A DNA stretch of 20,000 nt from Chthonomonadaceae bacterium. GTDB lineage: Bacteria; Armatimonadota; Chthonomonadetes; Chthonomonadales; Chthonomonadaceae. The stretch covers positions 147,747 through 167,746 of the forward strand of contig DASRGZ010000096.1 in the NCBI GenBank assembly GCA_035650735.1. The letters run 5' to 3'. Shown here one piece after another: positions 8,115-16,420 of this stretch (its first letter is position 1; every line of letters begins with the position of its first letter). The position numbers and the translations under genes were made by a program. The notes under the pieces are model-generated. The model was given only the letters and a program-made list of their open reading frames with translations, was not told the DNA's origin and searched no databases.

Positions 8115-8207
8115 ACTTTCGCCTGGTGAGAGAACTTTTTTGCGGCCCGATTGCTCCGCCATAGTCAACGGCTTCCGCCGGTGGGCCGTCGTTCAAGAGG
8201 ATACGCT

Positions 8208-8975
8208 ATGCTGCTGCTCGCAAGTTGCCTGCCGATCACTCTGGAAGTGTTAAGTGCTGGCGAGGAGGTGCTTGCCGGAATGGCCGCCACACTGCGGCAT
8301 CTGGATGGGGAGTGGGCGCTGATCGCCCTGGCACCCGAGAGTCCGGCTTCCTGCCTGCACTGGGGAGCGCGTGTGCGCTTCTGGATCGGGGAGGGGCCGT
8401 TGGGCCTGGAGGCTGTCGGCGCCGTGACCGGACACAGCGCCTCTTCGGCAGAGGCGCTGTGTCCCGCAACGGAAGCGCCCGAAGATGCGGGCGGGATCTG
8501 GGTGCGCCTGTTTGCCTGCCATTTGCGTTCCCAGCGCCGCCTTACCCCACGCCGCCGCGCGCATATTCCGGTCTTCTTCCGCCTTGCGGACTCCCGGAAC
8601 GGCGGCGCCGAGGCAACAGAGACCGTGCCCGACGTTTCGGAGGCCACGCAGACGCCCATTACAGAGACGCCAGGCCCCGAGGCCGTCGCAACAGAGGGGA
8701 AATGGCTGAAGGCGGTCTGCGTGGATGTGAGCAGGAGCGGGATGCGCCTGCGGACGGACCGCCTGTCCACGCCGCCAGAGCGCCTTCTGCTGCGATTTAC
8801 GCTGCCCATGCGCGGCGATGGTCGAGCGCAGCCCGGGCGTTCCCTCAGCGTGCAGGGCCGTGTCCTGCGGTGCGCGCCCGCACCCAGGCGCCCGGAAAGC
8901 GTGGAGATAGCGGTCAAGTTCGAGCATCTATCGGTCGAAGAGGGTCTGACGCTCTCCGCCTTCCTCGAAGGGTGA
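8208..8975 (+). CDS. Second PilZ-domain protein with low-complexity insertion, about 255 aa
   Basis: QRRLTPR (RxxxR), DVSRSGM (DxSxxG), GRVLR...IAVKF; AGAGGA RBS before ATG 8208. Confidence 0.75.
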   Translation: MLLLASCLPITLEVLSAGEEVLAGMAATLRHLDGEWALIALAPESPASCLHWGARVRFWIGEGPLGLEAVGAVTGHSASSAEALCPATEAPEDAGGIWVRLFACHLRSQRRLTPRRRAHIPVFFRLADSRNGGAEATETVPDVSEATQTPITETPGPEAVATEGKWLKAVCVDVSRSGMRLRTDRLSTPPERLLLRFTLPMRGDGRAQPGRSLSVQGRVLRCAPAPRRPESVEIAVKFEHLSVEEGLTLSAFLEG

Positions 8976-9006
8976 GGGCAGAGAAAAGAGCTAAGAAAAT
9001 CCAACG

Positions 9007-10125
9007 CTATTCCCTGCTTTCCGCTGCCTGGCGCAATGCCAACCACGCCTCTTTTAAGGGCTGGCCTACCGCGCTTTCTGGTTGCGCCAGGACCAGTGCC
9101 TGGTACGCCTCCACATAGCGCCCGCGCAGACGATGGAAAAAGTGGAGAAAGTGGCGCAGAAAGCCGATACAGTCCAGCACAACGACCTCAATACCGCCGG
9201 TCTGCTCGTAGAGGTTGGCCGCATACTCCTGTACCTGGGGATCAATCATCTCGGTTGTGATGAAGATGTAGTTCTGGATGCTCTTGTTGGCTATCTTTTG
9301 CAATGCGATATTGATATCGTCCAGCGTCACCCGGCGCATCTTCATCTCATACCCTGTCACCACATGATTCTCCCCCACCAACGTCACCTCTACATCCCCG
9401 ATGGCTCCCGTCTGCCGGTCTGCCGCCGTGTGCCCCGTGAGTGCCCGCGCCTGCTCCCCGAGCAAGACTCCGGCGGTCTCATACGCCGCTGCGACTACGA
9501 GGACAGGCAGACGGCTCGATCCTGGGCAGCGGAGATGCTGCTCTATTAGCGTGACTATGGCTTCTGTGGAGAGCGGCATTGCGCCTTCCGTCGTGCGCAG
9601 CCCAGCCAGCAGCGTCTCCATGCGCTGACGGCGCTCCTCTTTGACGATGATGAGCCACCGTATCGTCTCGGCAAGCAAAGCCTCCGGGGAAACCGCACCC
9701 ATATACACATCGGTCAGCAATTGCAATGCGGCCTGGTAGAGAGCCGGTGGTCTCCCTACCAAGTTGAGATCAGGAGTTAGCGTGACGTTGCGATTGCGAA
9801 GCGCGGGGGTGAGGAAGGCTGTTGTCGGATTGCAGGGCAGGCCATGTTCCAGAACAAACGGGGTCACATACGCCTCATCGTAAGTTCGTCCAGAATAGGC
9901 ATCCGGGTCGCCGATTTCGGTGTAAGGTTTGCGAATGTCTATGGTCGGAATATGGATTTTGGCGAGCGAGCAGGCTAGAAGGAGGCGAACCAGAGCGCGA
10001 TTTTGAATGTTCCGGCAAACCAATTCTATCCGGGCGCGCACTTCCGCGTTATCTACAAAGGATTGTCCTGGGGAGGCGTCAGCTCGCTGAAAAGCGTCAT
10101 GGAGAATTTCTCGCGGAGTTGCCAT
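9007..10125 (-). CDS. Putative Type II restriction endonuclease (PD-(D/E)xK, SacI-family-like), 372 aa
   Basis: GHTAAD..TGAIGDVEV...YEMK catalytic-like motif; AAGGAG RBS before ATG 10125; overlaps the 3' end of a DNA methylase; visibly lower GC than the flanks. SacI-family call is from remembered motif similarity. Confidence 0.7.
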   Translation of the reverse strand: MATPREILHDAFQRADASPGQSFVDNAEVRARIELVCRNIQNRALVRLLLACSLAKIHIPTIDIRKPYTEIGDPDAYSGRTYDEAYVTPFVLEHGLPCNPTTAFLTPALRNRNVTLTPDLNLVGRPPALYQAALQLLTDVYMGAVSPEALLAETIRWLIIVKEERRQRMETLLAGLRTTEGAMPLSTEAIVTLIEQHLRCPGSSRLPVLVVAAAYETAGVLLGEQARALTGHTAADRQTGAIGDVEVTLVGENHVVTGYEMKMRRVTLDDINIALQKIANKSIQNYIFITTEMIDPQVQEYAANLYEQTGGIEVVVLDCIGFLRHFLHFFHRLRGRYVEAYQALVLAQPESAVGQPLKEAWLALRQAAESRE

Positions 10126-10940
10126 TCGATCTCCTTCGGCACCTCGTAGTTGATCCATAGCACCTCGGTACGCATCGTCTTGACGGAGTGGCAAACCTTC
10201 GTTGGAGCCTCAATACACCGCCAATCGCAGTATAACTCATCCATGAGATCGCAATGATAACTGGAGAGGGCTACCTTACCCTTGACGCGATGCAGGACGT
10301 GCGCTAGTTGCCGGTGATCGTCATCGCTCATTTCGTGGGCGTAGGCTTTAGAGTCCCCGCGCGTAATGTGCGGGTAAGGAGGATCGCAATAGAAGAGAGT
10401 CTCCTCAGAATCATAGCGTAGGATAACTTCAATCGCGGGCGCGTTCTCGATTTGAACTCGCAGCAGGCGCTGAGCGATCTCGGCCAGATCCTCGACGCTG
10501 CCCAACCATCGCGACACGGCGCCTGCCATCCCCGCCCGGCTCGTCAAGACACAATGGGCCCACCGCCCCGCGCTGGCTGTCTGCGCCAACCCCGTCCGTA
10601 CCTGACGCGCCCGTACAAAGAAGCGACGCGCCCGTTCTAGATCGGAAAGCCCCTCCGTAGATTCCTGGCACGCTCGCGCCAACTCCTCCCGTGAAAACGG
10701 TGTTAAGCCAATGGCCTCAATCAAGGCATCCTTCTGGTCGCGCAGCACCCGGAAGAAGTTGACTACCTCGCCATCAATGTCGTTATAGGTTTCAATAGGA
10801 GAGGGACGTCGGTTGAGGAGTACCGCCGCCGACCCGCCATATACGTCGCAGAAGTGGCCTGTGGTCGGAAGCAAGGGAAGGAGCCAGTCCAGATGGCTGT
10901 ATTTTCCGCCGTACCATCCGAAAGCGATGAGTTTGCCCAT
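10053..10940 (-). CDS. N6-adenine DNA methyltransferase, Dam/D12 (alpha) class, 295 aa
   Basis: FGWYGGK, motif I DVYGGSAAV, YND, FYCDPPY, EVLWINY; GGAGG RBS. Confidence 0.93.
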   Translation of the reverse strand: MGKLIAFGWYGGKYSHLDWLLPLLPTTGHFCDVYGGSAAVLLNRRPSPIETYNDIDGEVVNFFRVLRDQKDALIEAIGLTPFSREELARACQESTEGLSDLERARRFFVRARQVRTGLAQTASAGRWAHCVLTSRAGMAGAVSRWLGSVEDLAEIAQRLLRVQIENAPAIEVILRYDSEETLFYCDPPYPHITRGDSKAYAHEMSDDDHRQLAHVLHRVKGKVALSSYHCDLMDELYCDWRCIEAPTKVCHSVKTMRTEVLWINYEVPKEIEWQLREKFSMTLFSELTPPQDNPL

Positions 10941-10957
10941 ATCCTTTGCCTCCCGCG

Positions 10958-10986
10958 AGTATAATTGGCTGAAGGGTTTTCGTCAA
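10958..10986 (-). promoter_or_regulatory. sigma70-type promoter of the R-M operon
   Basis: Minus strand TTGACG (10986-10981), 17 nt, TATACT (10963-10958), then cgcgggaggcaaaggat-ATG. Confidence 0.7.
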
Positions 10987-11055
10987 GGAGATAAATTGCC
11001 GCTCTAATAGCCTGCCGCAGGCAGCGCGTCCTCTTTCTGAAACGGAAAAGGCCGC

Positions 11056-12708
11056 TTATCCCCTGGCCCGGCCTCGGAGCAGGCGGCTCCGCAGCATTTG
11101 CCACTCGTCCATCTGCAGGACAACAGCGAGCGCTCCGTAGACCACAACGCTGACGAGCAAGCAGACGCTCAACGTCACGAACGCCTGCGCCGTGACTGAC
11201 ATCCCTGCGTGCAGTGAGAGGCGATGCTGGATGAGGTCGCGCACAACCCGGCAGGCCAGCGCCGTCACGAGGGAGGCAGCGACGATGCGCGCCAGGGACG
11301 CGAGCAGCCGTCCGCCCTCGATGCCGCGCAGCCGGGCGCGCAGCAGGATTAGCATGGTCAGCATGTGGATGGTGGCGGCAATGGAAGTCGCCAGCGCCAG
11401 CCCCTCATAGCTCATCCAGCGCATCAGCAGCCAGTTGAGCGGGATAAAGATCACGGTAACGGCGGTGCCGACGATCACCGGCGTGCGCGAGTCCTGCAAG
11501 GCATAGAAGCCGCGCGAAATGATGGAGTGGGCCGACCAGGCGAAGATGCCGACGGCGTAAAAGATGAGCGCGTTCGCCGCCATCTGCGCCTCTTGCGGCC
11601 CGAACCGTCCGCCGTGCAGGATCAGCTGCACGATGGGCAGGGCCAGCACGACCATCAGCAGGGACGAGGGGATCGTCAGGAACAGAATAGAGCGGATGCC
11701 GAAATTGGCCGTATGGCGCAGCGCACCGATCTCTCTGCGGGCGGCCTGCGCGGAGAGCGTGGGGAAGATGGCGATGGCGGTGGCCTGCGCGAAGATGCCC
11801 AGCGGCACCTGCATCAGTCGGTTTGCGTTCATCAGCGCCGATTGCGGCCCGTCGCCCAACTCGGAGGCAAACATCTTGTTGATGATGGTGCTGACCTGCG
11901 GCAGCGCCAGCCCCAGGATGACCGGCAGCATCAGCTTCCAGACTTTCATCACGCCGGGATGCCGCCAGTGCTTGCGCAGGGCTTCCGGCAAGAAATAGCC
12001 GCCTGTGCGCCGCACCACCACCCATTGCAACAGAAGGTTGCCCAGGATCGCCCCGAACAGCGCCCCCCAGCACAGCCCCGCCACGCCGAACCGCTGCGTC
12101 AGGAACAGCCCGCCGAAGATGATGGCCAGGTTATAGATGACCGGGCCGAGGCCGGGTGCGACGAAACGCCCGCGTGCGTTGAGCGTGCCCATCATCAGGC
12201 CGCCCAGGAAGAAGCAGAGCTGAGCGGGCAATAAGATGCGCGTCAGCGGCACCGTCGCGGCCACCTTTTCCGGTGAATAGCCGGGGTTTGTCCAGATGAC
12301 CAGCGTGGGCGTGAATATCTCGCCGAGGAGAATAAACGCACTCACGACAATGGTCATCACGGCGGCGACGACGCTGAAGATGCGCCAGGCTTCCTTTTCG
12401 CGGTCCGTCGTGATATGCTCGGTGAAGACCGGGATAAACGCCGCGGAGAGCGCCCCGCCGGCGATGAGGAAGAAGAGCAGGTCGGGAATGGTGAAGGCGG
12501 CATTGTAGATGTCAGTCAGGTTGCCCTGCCCGAACTTGTGCGCGATGACGCGGTCACGCACCAGACCCAGCACGCGGCTGGCAAAGATCAGCGCCATCAT
12601 GATGCCCGCCGCCCCGACAATGTGCCGGCGCGTGCTGCCGCTATCGTCCAAGGTATTCTCTCGCTGGCCGGGCCGTGTCGGCGGAGGAAGTTGCGTAGTG
12701 GTTGCCAT
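11056..12708 (-). CDS. murJ: Lipid II flippase MurJ (MviN)
   Basis: SRVLGLVRD...AF.IPD...GGALSAAFIP, ANRLMQVPLGIF, FYALQDSRTP, GLALATS; many TM helices. ATG 12708 preferred over GTG 12714 because of promoter position. Confidence 0.95.
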   Translation of the reverse strand: MATTTQLPPPTRPGQRENTLDDSGSTRRHIVGAAGIMMALIFASRVLGLVRDRVIAHKFGQGNLTDIYNAAFTIPDLLFFLIAGGALSAAFIPVFTEHITTDREKEAWRIFSVVAAVMTIVVSAFILLGEIFTPTLVIWTNPGYSPEKVAATVPLTRILLPAQLCFFLGGLMMGTLNARGRFVAPGLGPVIYNLAIIFGGLFLTQRFGVAGLCWGALFGAILGNLLLQWVVVRRTGGYFLPEALRKHWRHPGVMKVWKLMLPVILGLALPQVSTIINKMFASELGDGPQSALMNANRLMQVPLGIFAQATAIAIFPTLSAQAARREIGALRHTANFGIRSILFLTIPSSLLMVVLALPIVQLILHGGRFGPQEAQMAANALIFYAVGIFAWSAHSIISRGFYALQDSRTPVIVGTAVTVIFIPLNWLLMRWMSYEGLALATSIAATIHMLTMLILLRARLRGIEGGRLLASLARIVAASLVTALACRVVRDLIQHRLSLHAGMSVTAQAFVTLSVCLLVSVVVYGALAVVLQMDEWQMLRSRLLRGRARG

Positions 12709-12716
12709 ATCCACCC

Positions 12717-12746
12717 ATTATACGGGCGAATCGCGGCAAAAGTCAA
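12717..12746 (-). promoter_or_regulatory. Near-consensus sigma70 promoter of murJ
   Basis: Minus strand TTGACT (12746-12741), 18 nt, TATAAT (12722-12717), 8 nt, ATG. Confidence 0.75.
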
Positions 12747-12808
12747 CGGCCCGGCAGCGTAGGAGCGTCGAATCGGTTGCCGATTTCTTTGCGTACTCGC
12801 TGGATAGA

Positions 12809-12881
12809 TAGGTTCTAGGGTGCTAAGGGTTCTGAGGGTACTGAGGTAGTTAGAACCCTAGCACCCTCTAGCACCCTAGAA
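12809..12881. repeat. Inverted array of AGGGT(G/T)CT / AG(C/A)ACCCT 8-9-mer repeats; possible terminator of the TPR gene
   Basis: ttctagggtgctaagggttctgagggtact ... agaaccctagcaccctctagcaccctagaa; the outer 13 bp (ttctagggtgcta/tagcaccctagaa) are perfectly complementary. Confidence 0.75.
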
Positions 12882-12886
12882 GGAAG

Positions 12887-13609
12887 TTAGGCACTCCTCA
12901 ACGTTCCGTTCTGGCAGAGGAGCCGGAAACTCTCTAAAAACTCCTGGCGGGCCGTCTCCGGATTCCCCGGCTCCTGCGCGGCCAGCGCGCAGCCCAGGGC
13001 GCAATGGGCCAGAGCGGGGTCCGTCCCAAAAAGACCGCCCTCCGGTCCCAGAGCCAGCGTCTCCTTCAAGGCCGCCATCGCTTCCTCGCAACGGTTCTGC
13101 TGTAGCAGGGCCAGGCCCAGCAGAAGGCTCTCGGGCGCGAAGTCCTGGGTCTGGCTCAGGAAGCGCAGGGTCTGCTGAAACGCCGGCAGCGCCGCCTCCA
13201 GACTGTCGGGCGTCTGGGCCAGCAGGGCACACCCTAGCGCGCAGTAGGCCAATCCGCACTCGGCGCTGGATAGTCCGGCCTCCCGACCAATGCGGGCCGC
13301 CTTCCCCAGATCCAGCGCGGCCTCGTCGTACTGACCGTAATCGTAGAGGGCAAGCCCCTGGCGCAGGAGGCTTCGGGCTAGGCTGGGCGTAGCGCGCACC
13401 GTCTCACGCCATTGCGCGATAGTCCCATCGCATGGCATGGCCGGCATCGGCGCGTCGCGGTCTGCCCTTTCCCGCAGGGAAGATGCCAGCAGGTCTGGCT
13501 CCTCCGGCGGGAGGACTGCGGCCGCCGTATACTCGCCGGTCGGCGCTATCAGATCCGATTGTGGGCGAGCTCCCTTCAAGCGCGAAAACAGGTTAGGCAA
13601 TGTAAACAT
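12887..13609 (-). CDS. TPR-repeat protein with probably disordered N-terminus, 240 aa
   Basis: GLALYDYGQYDEA, AYCALGCAL, LGLALLQQNRCEEA, AHCALGCAL; GGAGG RBS before ATG 13609. Confidence 0.8.
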   Translation of the reverse strand: MFTLPNLFSRLKGARPQSDLIAPTGEYTAAAVLPPEEPDLLASSLRERADRDAPMPAMPCDGTIAQWRETVRATPSLARSLLRQGLALYDYGQYDEAALDLGKAARIGREAGLSSAECGLAYCALGCALLAQTPDSLEAALPAFQQTLRFLSQTQDFAPESLLLGLALLQQNRCEEAMAALKETLALGPEGGLFGTDPALAHCALGCALAAQEPGNPETARQEFLESFRLLCQNGTLRSA

Positions 13610-13798
13610 GCGTTTCCTCCATCCGGTGAAAACGAGAGCCGTTCTCCGATGGCTATGTAACCCACACGGCAAAGGGGTGGGCACGGTTATCCAGGCTGCG
13701 CCCGGCGCTTCCAGGCAGACCGGGGCCACAACAGCGATATTATTCTCAATTATAGGCAAATCTAACAGGCGACACTATAGCCGATTCCACGTCCGGCG

Positions 13799-13814
13799 TG
13801 TAATTTTGATTACA
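13799..13814. promoter_or_regulatory. Palindromic operator candidate TGTAAT-N4-ATTACA (CRP/FNR/NtcA-like geometry)
   Basis: Perfect 6-bp inverted arms in an AT-richer divergent intergenic region. Confidence 0.4.
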
Positions 13815-14049
13815 GCGGCCCGAGAAAGCCCGTATGTTTATCCAATAGACGAGGCAATGGACGCGAAGTGCTCTTACTTGCCCACGTTGCCGAGGAAGGC
13901 CACGCCCGAAGGCCGGAACAACGCAGGAAAAGCGAGAACAGACCTTGAATTCTGAAATCAAGCTGCCGCGCGTTGGGACGCGACCAGGGGCCGGGAGGGA
14001 CGGCAAAGCGGTGCTGTTCTGTCAGGGAAGTGAAGTGAGGATGGCAGGA

Positions 14050-15027
14050 ATGGACGATCAAGTGATTATCGGAATAGACATAGGCGGCACCAAATCTGCG
14101 GTGGTGCTGGCGCGCACGGACGGCGAGATCCTGCACCGTCTGAGCGAACCGACGCGCCCGGAGACGCGCCGCCCGGAAGCCGTCCTGGAGCGGCTGGCGC
14201 AGATGGCGCGCGAGGTCATGGCGCAGGGCGGCGTCATGAGCGGCGACGTGCGCGGCGTGGGCATCTCCTGTGGGGGGCCGCTGGACACCAAAACCGGCAC
14301 GATCTACGCGCCGCCCAACCTGCCCGGCTGGAGCGCCGTGCCGGTCAAGCGCCTTCTGGAGGAGGCGCTGGGCCTGCCGGTCGTGGTGGAAAACGACGCC
14401 AACGCGACGGCTCTGGCCGAGTGGAAATTCGGCGCGGGCCGGGGCGCGCGCAACCTGATCTTCATGACGATGGGCACCGGCATCGGCGGCGGGCTCATCC
14501 TGGATGGGCGGCTCTATCGCGGCACCAAAGACCTGGCTGGCGAGGTCGGCCACCAGACCATCCTGATGAACGGTCCTCTCTGCGGCTGTGGCAAGCGCGG
14601 CTGTCTGGAGGCGCTGGCCTCCGGCCCGGCGATTGCGCGCCTGGCCCGGGAAAGCATGATGTATGGCCGCCACAAGCGCGTGCTGGAACTGGCGGGCGGC
14701 AAGCCGGCCAACATCACCGCCGCGCACGTCGTCGAAGCGGCCAAGGAGGGCGACGCCTTTGCCCGCCAGATACTCCAGGAGGCGGGAACCTATATGGGGG
14801 TCGGCATCGCCAACCTCATCCAGATACTCAACCCGGAGCGGGTTATCCTCGGCACGATTGCCGTCCACGCCGGCGACCTGATCCTGGAGCCCATCCGCAG
14901 CGCCGTTGCCGAATATGCCTGGGAGCGCAGCGCCGCCGTCTGCCAGATCGTCCCGGCGGCGCTTGGAGATCGCGCGCAAGACCTGGCGGCTGTCGCCCTG
15001 CTGCTTCAGGAGGAGCCTAGCACCTGA
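14050..15027 (+). CDS. ROK family sugar kinase (glucokinase-like)
   Basis: GIDIGGTK, ENDANA, GTGIGGG, GEVGH, Zn motif CGCGKRGCLE; no N-terminal HTH. Start may be 14041 instead. Confidence 0.92.
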   Translation: MDDQVIIGIDIGGTKSAVVLARTDGEILHRLSEPTRPETRRPEAVLERLAQMAREVMAQGGVMSGDVRGVGISCGGPLDTKTGTIYAPPNLPGWSAVPVKRLLEEALGLPVVVENDANATALAEWKFGAGRGARNLIFMTMGTGIGGGLILDGRLYRGTKDLAGEVGHQTILMNGPLCGCGKRGCLEALASGPAIARLARESMMYGRHKRVLELAGGKPANITAAHVVEAAKEGDAFARQILQEAGTYMGVGIANLIQILNPERVILGTIAVHAGDLILEPIRSAVAEYAWERSAAVCQIVPAALGDRAQDLAAVALLLQEEPST

Positions 15028-15068
15028 GCGCGCAATACGCATCTGACGGCCCAGCAGGAGAGGAACCG

Positions 15069-15689
15069 ATGGATGTAGACCCGATGGAAATGGTGGAATC
15101 GGAGGATGAGGAGGAGAAAGACGAAGCCGCCCGGGAGAAGCGTAAAAGTCGGCTGAACAACTGGGTCGCCATCGCCGTCGCGCTGCTGGCGACGTTTATG
15201 GGCATCTGCAAGGTCAAGGACGATAATATCGTCCAGGCGATGCAGCAGGCCCAGGCGAAGTCCGTGGATGCCTGGGCCTGGTATCAGGCCAAAAAGATCC
15301 GCTTGCAATTTGCGCAGGCGACCGCCGACCAGTTTGCTATCCAGGCCCAGACCGCCGCGCCCAATGTGCGCCCCGTCATTGAACAGAAAATGGCCGAATA
15401 CAACCAGCAGGCAGCCAAGCAGGCGACGGAACTGGCGGATGTGGAGAAGCAGGCGCGCGGCTACGATAAGGAGTATGACCGCCTCAACTTCCACGACGAC
15501 CAGTTCGACCTGTCCGACGCCCTGCTGGCCATTGCGATCTCGCTGCTTGCCCTAACCGCACTGACGCAGAAGCGCTGGCTGTTTGCCGTGGCGATGGTCC
15601 CCACCTTCTTTGGCGTGCTGATGGGCCTCGCTGGGCTGTTCAACTTGAATATTCACTCGGATTTCTTCGCCAAACTGCTCGGCACCTAA
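15069..15689 (+). CDS. DUF4337-like membrane protein
   Basis: Acidic N-terminus, TM helix, DAWAWYQAKKIR motif, coiled coil, two C-terminal TM helices; AGGAGAGG RBS. Confidence 0.75.
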   Translation: MDVDPMEMVESEDEEEKDEAAREKRKSRLNNWVAIAVALLATFMGICKVKDDNIVQAMQQAQAKSVDAWAWYQAKKIRLQFAQATADQFAIQAQTAAPNVRPVIEQKMAEYNQQAAKQATELADVEKQARGYDKEYDRLNFHDDQFDLSDALLAIAISLLALTALTQKRWLFAVAMVPTFFGVLMGLAGLFNLNIHSDFFAKLLGT

Positions 15690-15735
15690 ATGCTGCCTCT
15701 GGCTCCTTGAGTGCCGTTTCGTGGAGGGACATTTC

Positions 15736-15755
15736 CCGCCCACGCAGGTGGGCGG
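15736..15755. terminator. GC hairpin between convergent genes
   Basis: ccgcccac-gcag-gtgggcgg perfect 8-bp stem; no clear U tract. Confidence 0.35.
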
Positions 15756-15772
15756 CTGGCTGTAGGCCCCAC

Positions 15773-15794
15773 AGCGGCAGGGTTTAGCCTACCG
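15773..15794 (+). repeat. REP-like hairpin, copy 1
   Basis: agcggcagggtttagcctaccg; 21/22 identical to the reverse complement of 17821-17842. Confidence 0.7.
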
Positions 15795-15802
15795 CAATAG
15801 GA

Positions 15803-16420
15803 TCAGGACAGCAGCCTGCGTTCCATTGCCAGCGCCACCGCCTGCGCCCGGTTCTCGGCTCCCAGCTTGTTGAAAATGGAGGTCATGTGAAACTTGACCG
15901 TGCGCTCGGTGATGGAGAGCGCGTGGGCGATCTGTTTGTTGGAGAGGCCCGCGACTACCAGCCGCAGCACCTCCCGCTCCCGCGCGCTTAAACCGGGCGC
16001 GGCCCGGTGTGGCGCGCCCATCTCAGCCATCACCTTTGCGGCCACGCGCGGCTCCAGATACGACCCGCCGCCATGCACGACACGGATGGCGCGGGCAATC
16101 TCCTCGGCGGTGGCGCCCTTGAGCAGGTAGCCACGGGCCCCGGAACGGATCGCCCCGAAGACGCGCTCGTCGGCGTCGTAGGCGGTGAAGACGACGATGC
16201 GCGTTGCCGGAGTAAGCTGCGGGAGGGCCTCCACTCCATCCATGCCGGGCAGCTCCAGATCCAGCAGCGTCACATCCGGGCAGAGGCGGCCTGCCAGCGT
16301 GACGGCCTCTTCCGCCGAGCCCGCCGCGCCCACGACCTGGAAATCCGGCTGATCTTCGAGCACCGCGACCAGCCCCTCCCGCACAATCGGATGATCATCC
16401 ACCACGAGGACACGAATCAC
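15803..16420 (-). CDS. NarL/LuxR-family response regulator (REC + LuxR HTH), 205 aa
   Basis: VLVVDDHPIVREG, PDVTLLDL, GYLLKG, LSAREREVL...SNKQIA...TVKFH. GTG 16420 overlaps the kinase stop (GTGA) with a GGAGG RBS. Confidence 0.95.
   Translation of the reverse strand: MIRVLVVDDHPIVREGLVAVLEDQPDFQVVGAAGSAEEAVTLAGRLCPDVTLLDLELPGMDGVEALPQLTPATRIVVFTAYDADERVFGAIRSGARGYLLKGATAEEIARAIRVVHGGGSYLEPRVAAKVMAEMGAPHRAAPGLSAREREVLRLVVAGLSNKQIAHALSITERTVKFHMTSIFNKLGAENRAQAVALAMERRLLS

Noticed and set aside
8165..9118. Alternative-frame ORFs of about 295 aa over PilZ gene 2
   Set aside because: Arg/Ser/Gly-rich with no motifs; the frame ending at 8975 has PilZ motifs and an RBS.
10960..11000. AATT words in the methylase promoter as a clue to the recognition site
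   Set aside because: Expected by chance in an AT-rich promoter; specificity cannot be inferred from them.
8976..11055. att sites or target-site duplication around the R-M cassette
   Set aside because: Only trivial shared words (e.g. gaaaag) found; no integrase or transposase.
12809..12881. Repeat array as CRISPR or iteron
   Set aside because: Units are 8-9 bp with no unique spacers, and there is no rep gene.
13810..15042. 410-aa antisense ORF (likewise 696-1667, 2485-3381, 11365-12234, 18328-19557)
   Set aside because: Antisense shadows of clear genes, expected from high-GC codon bias.
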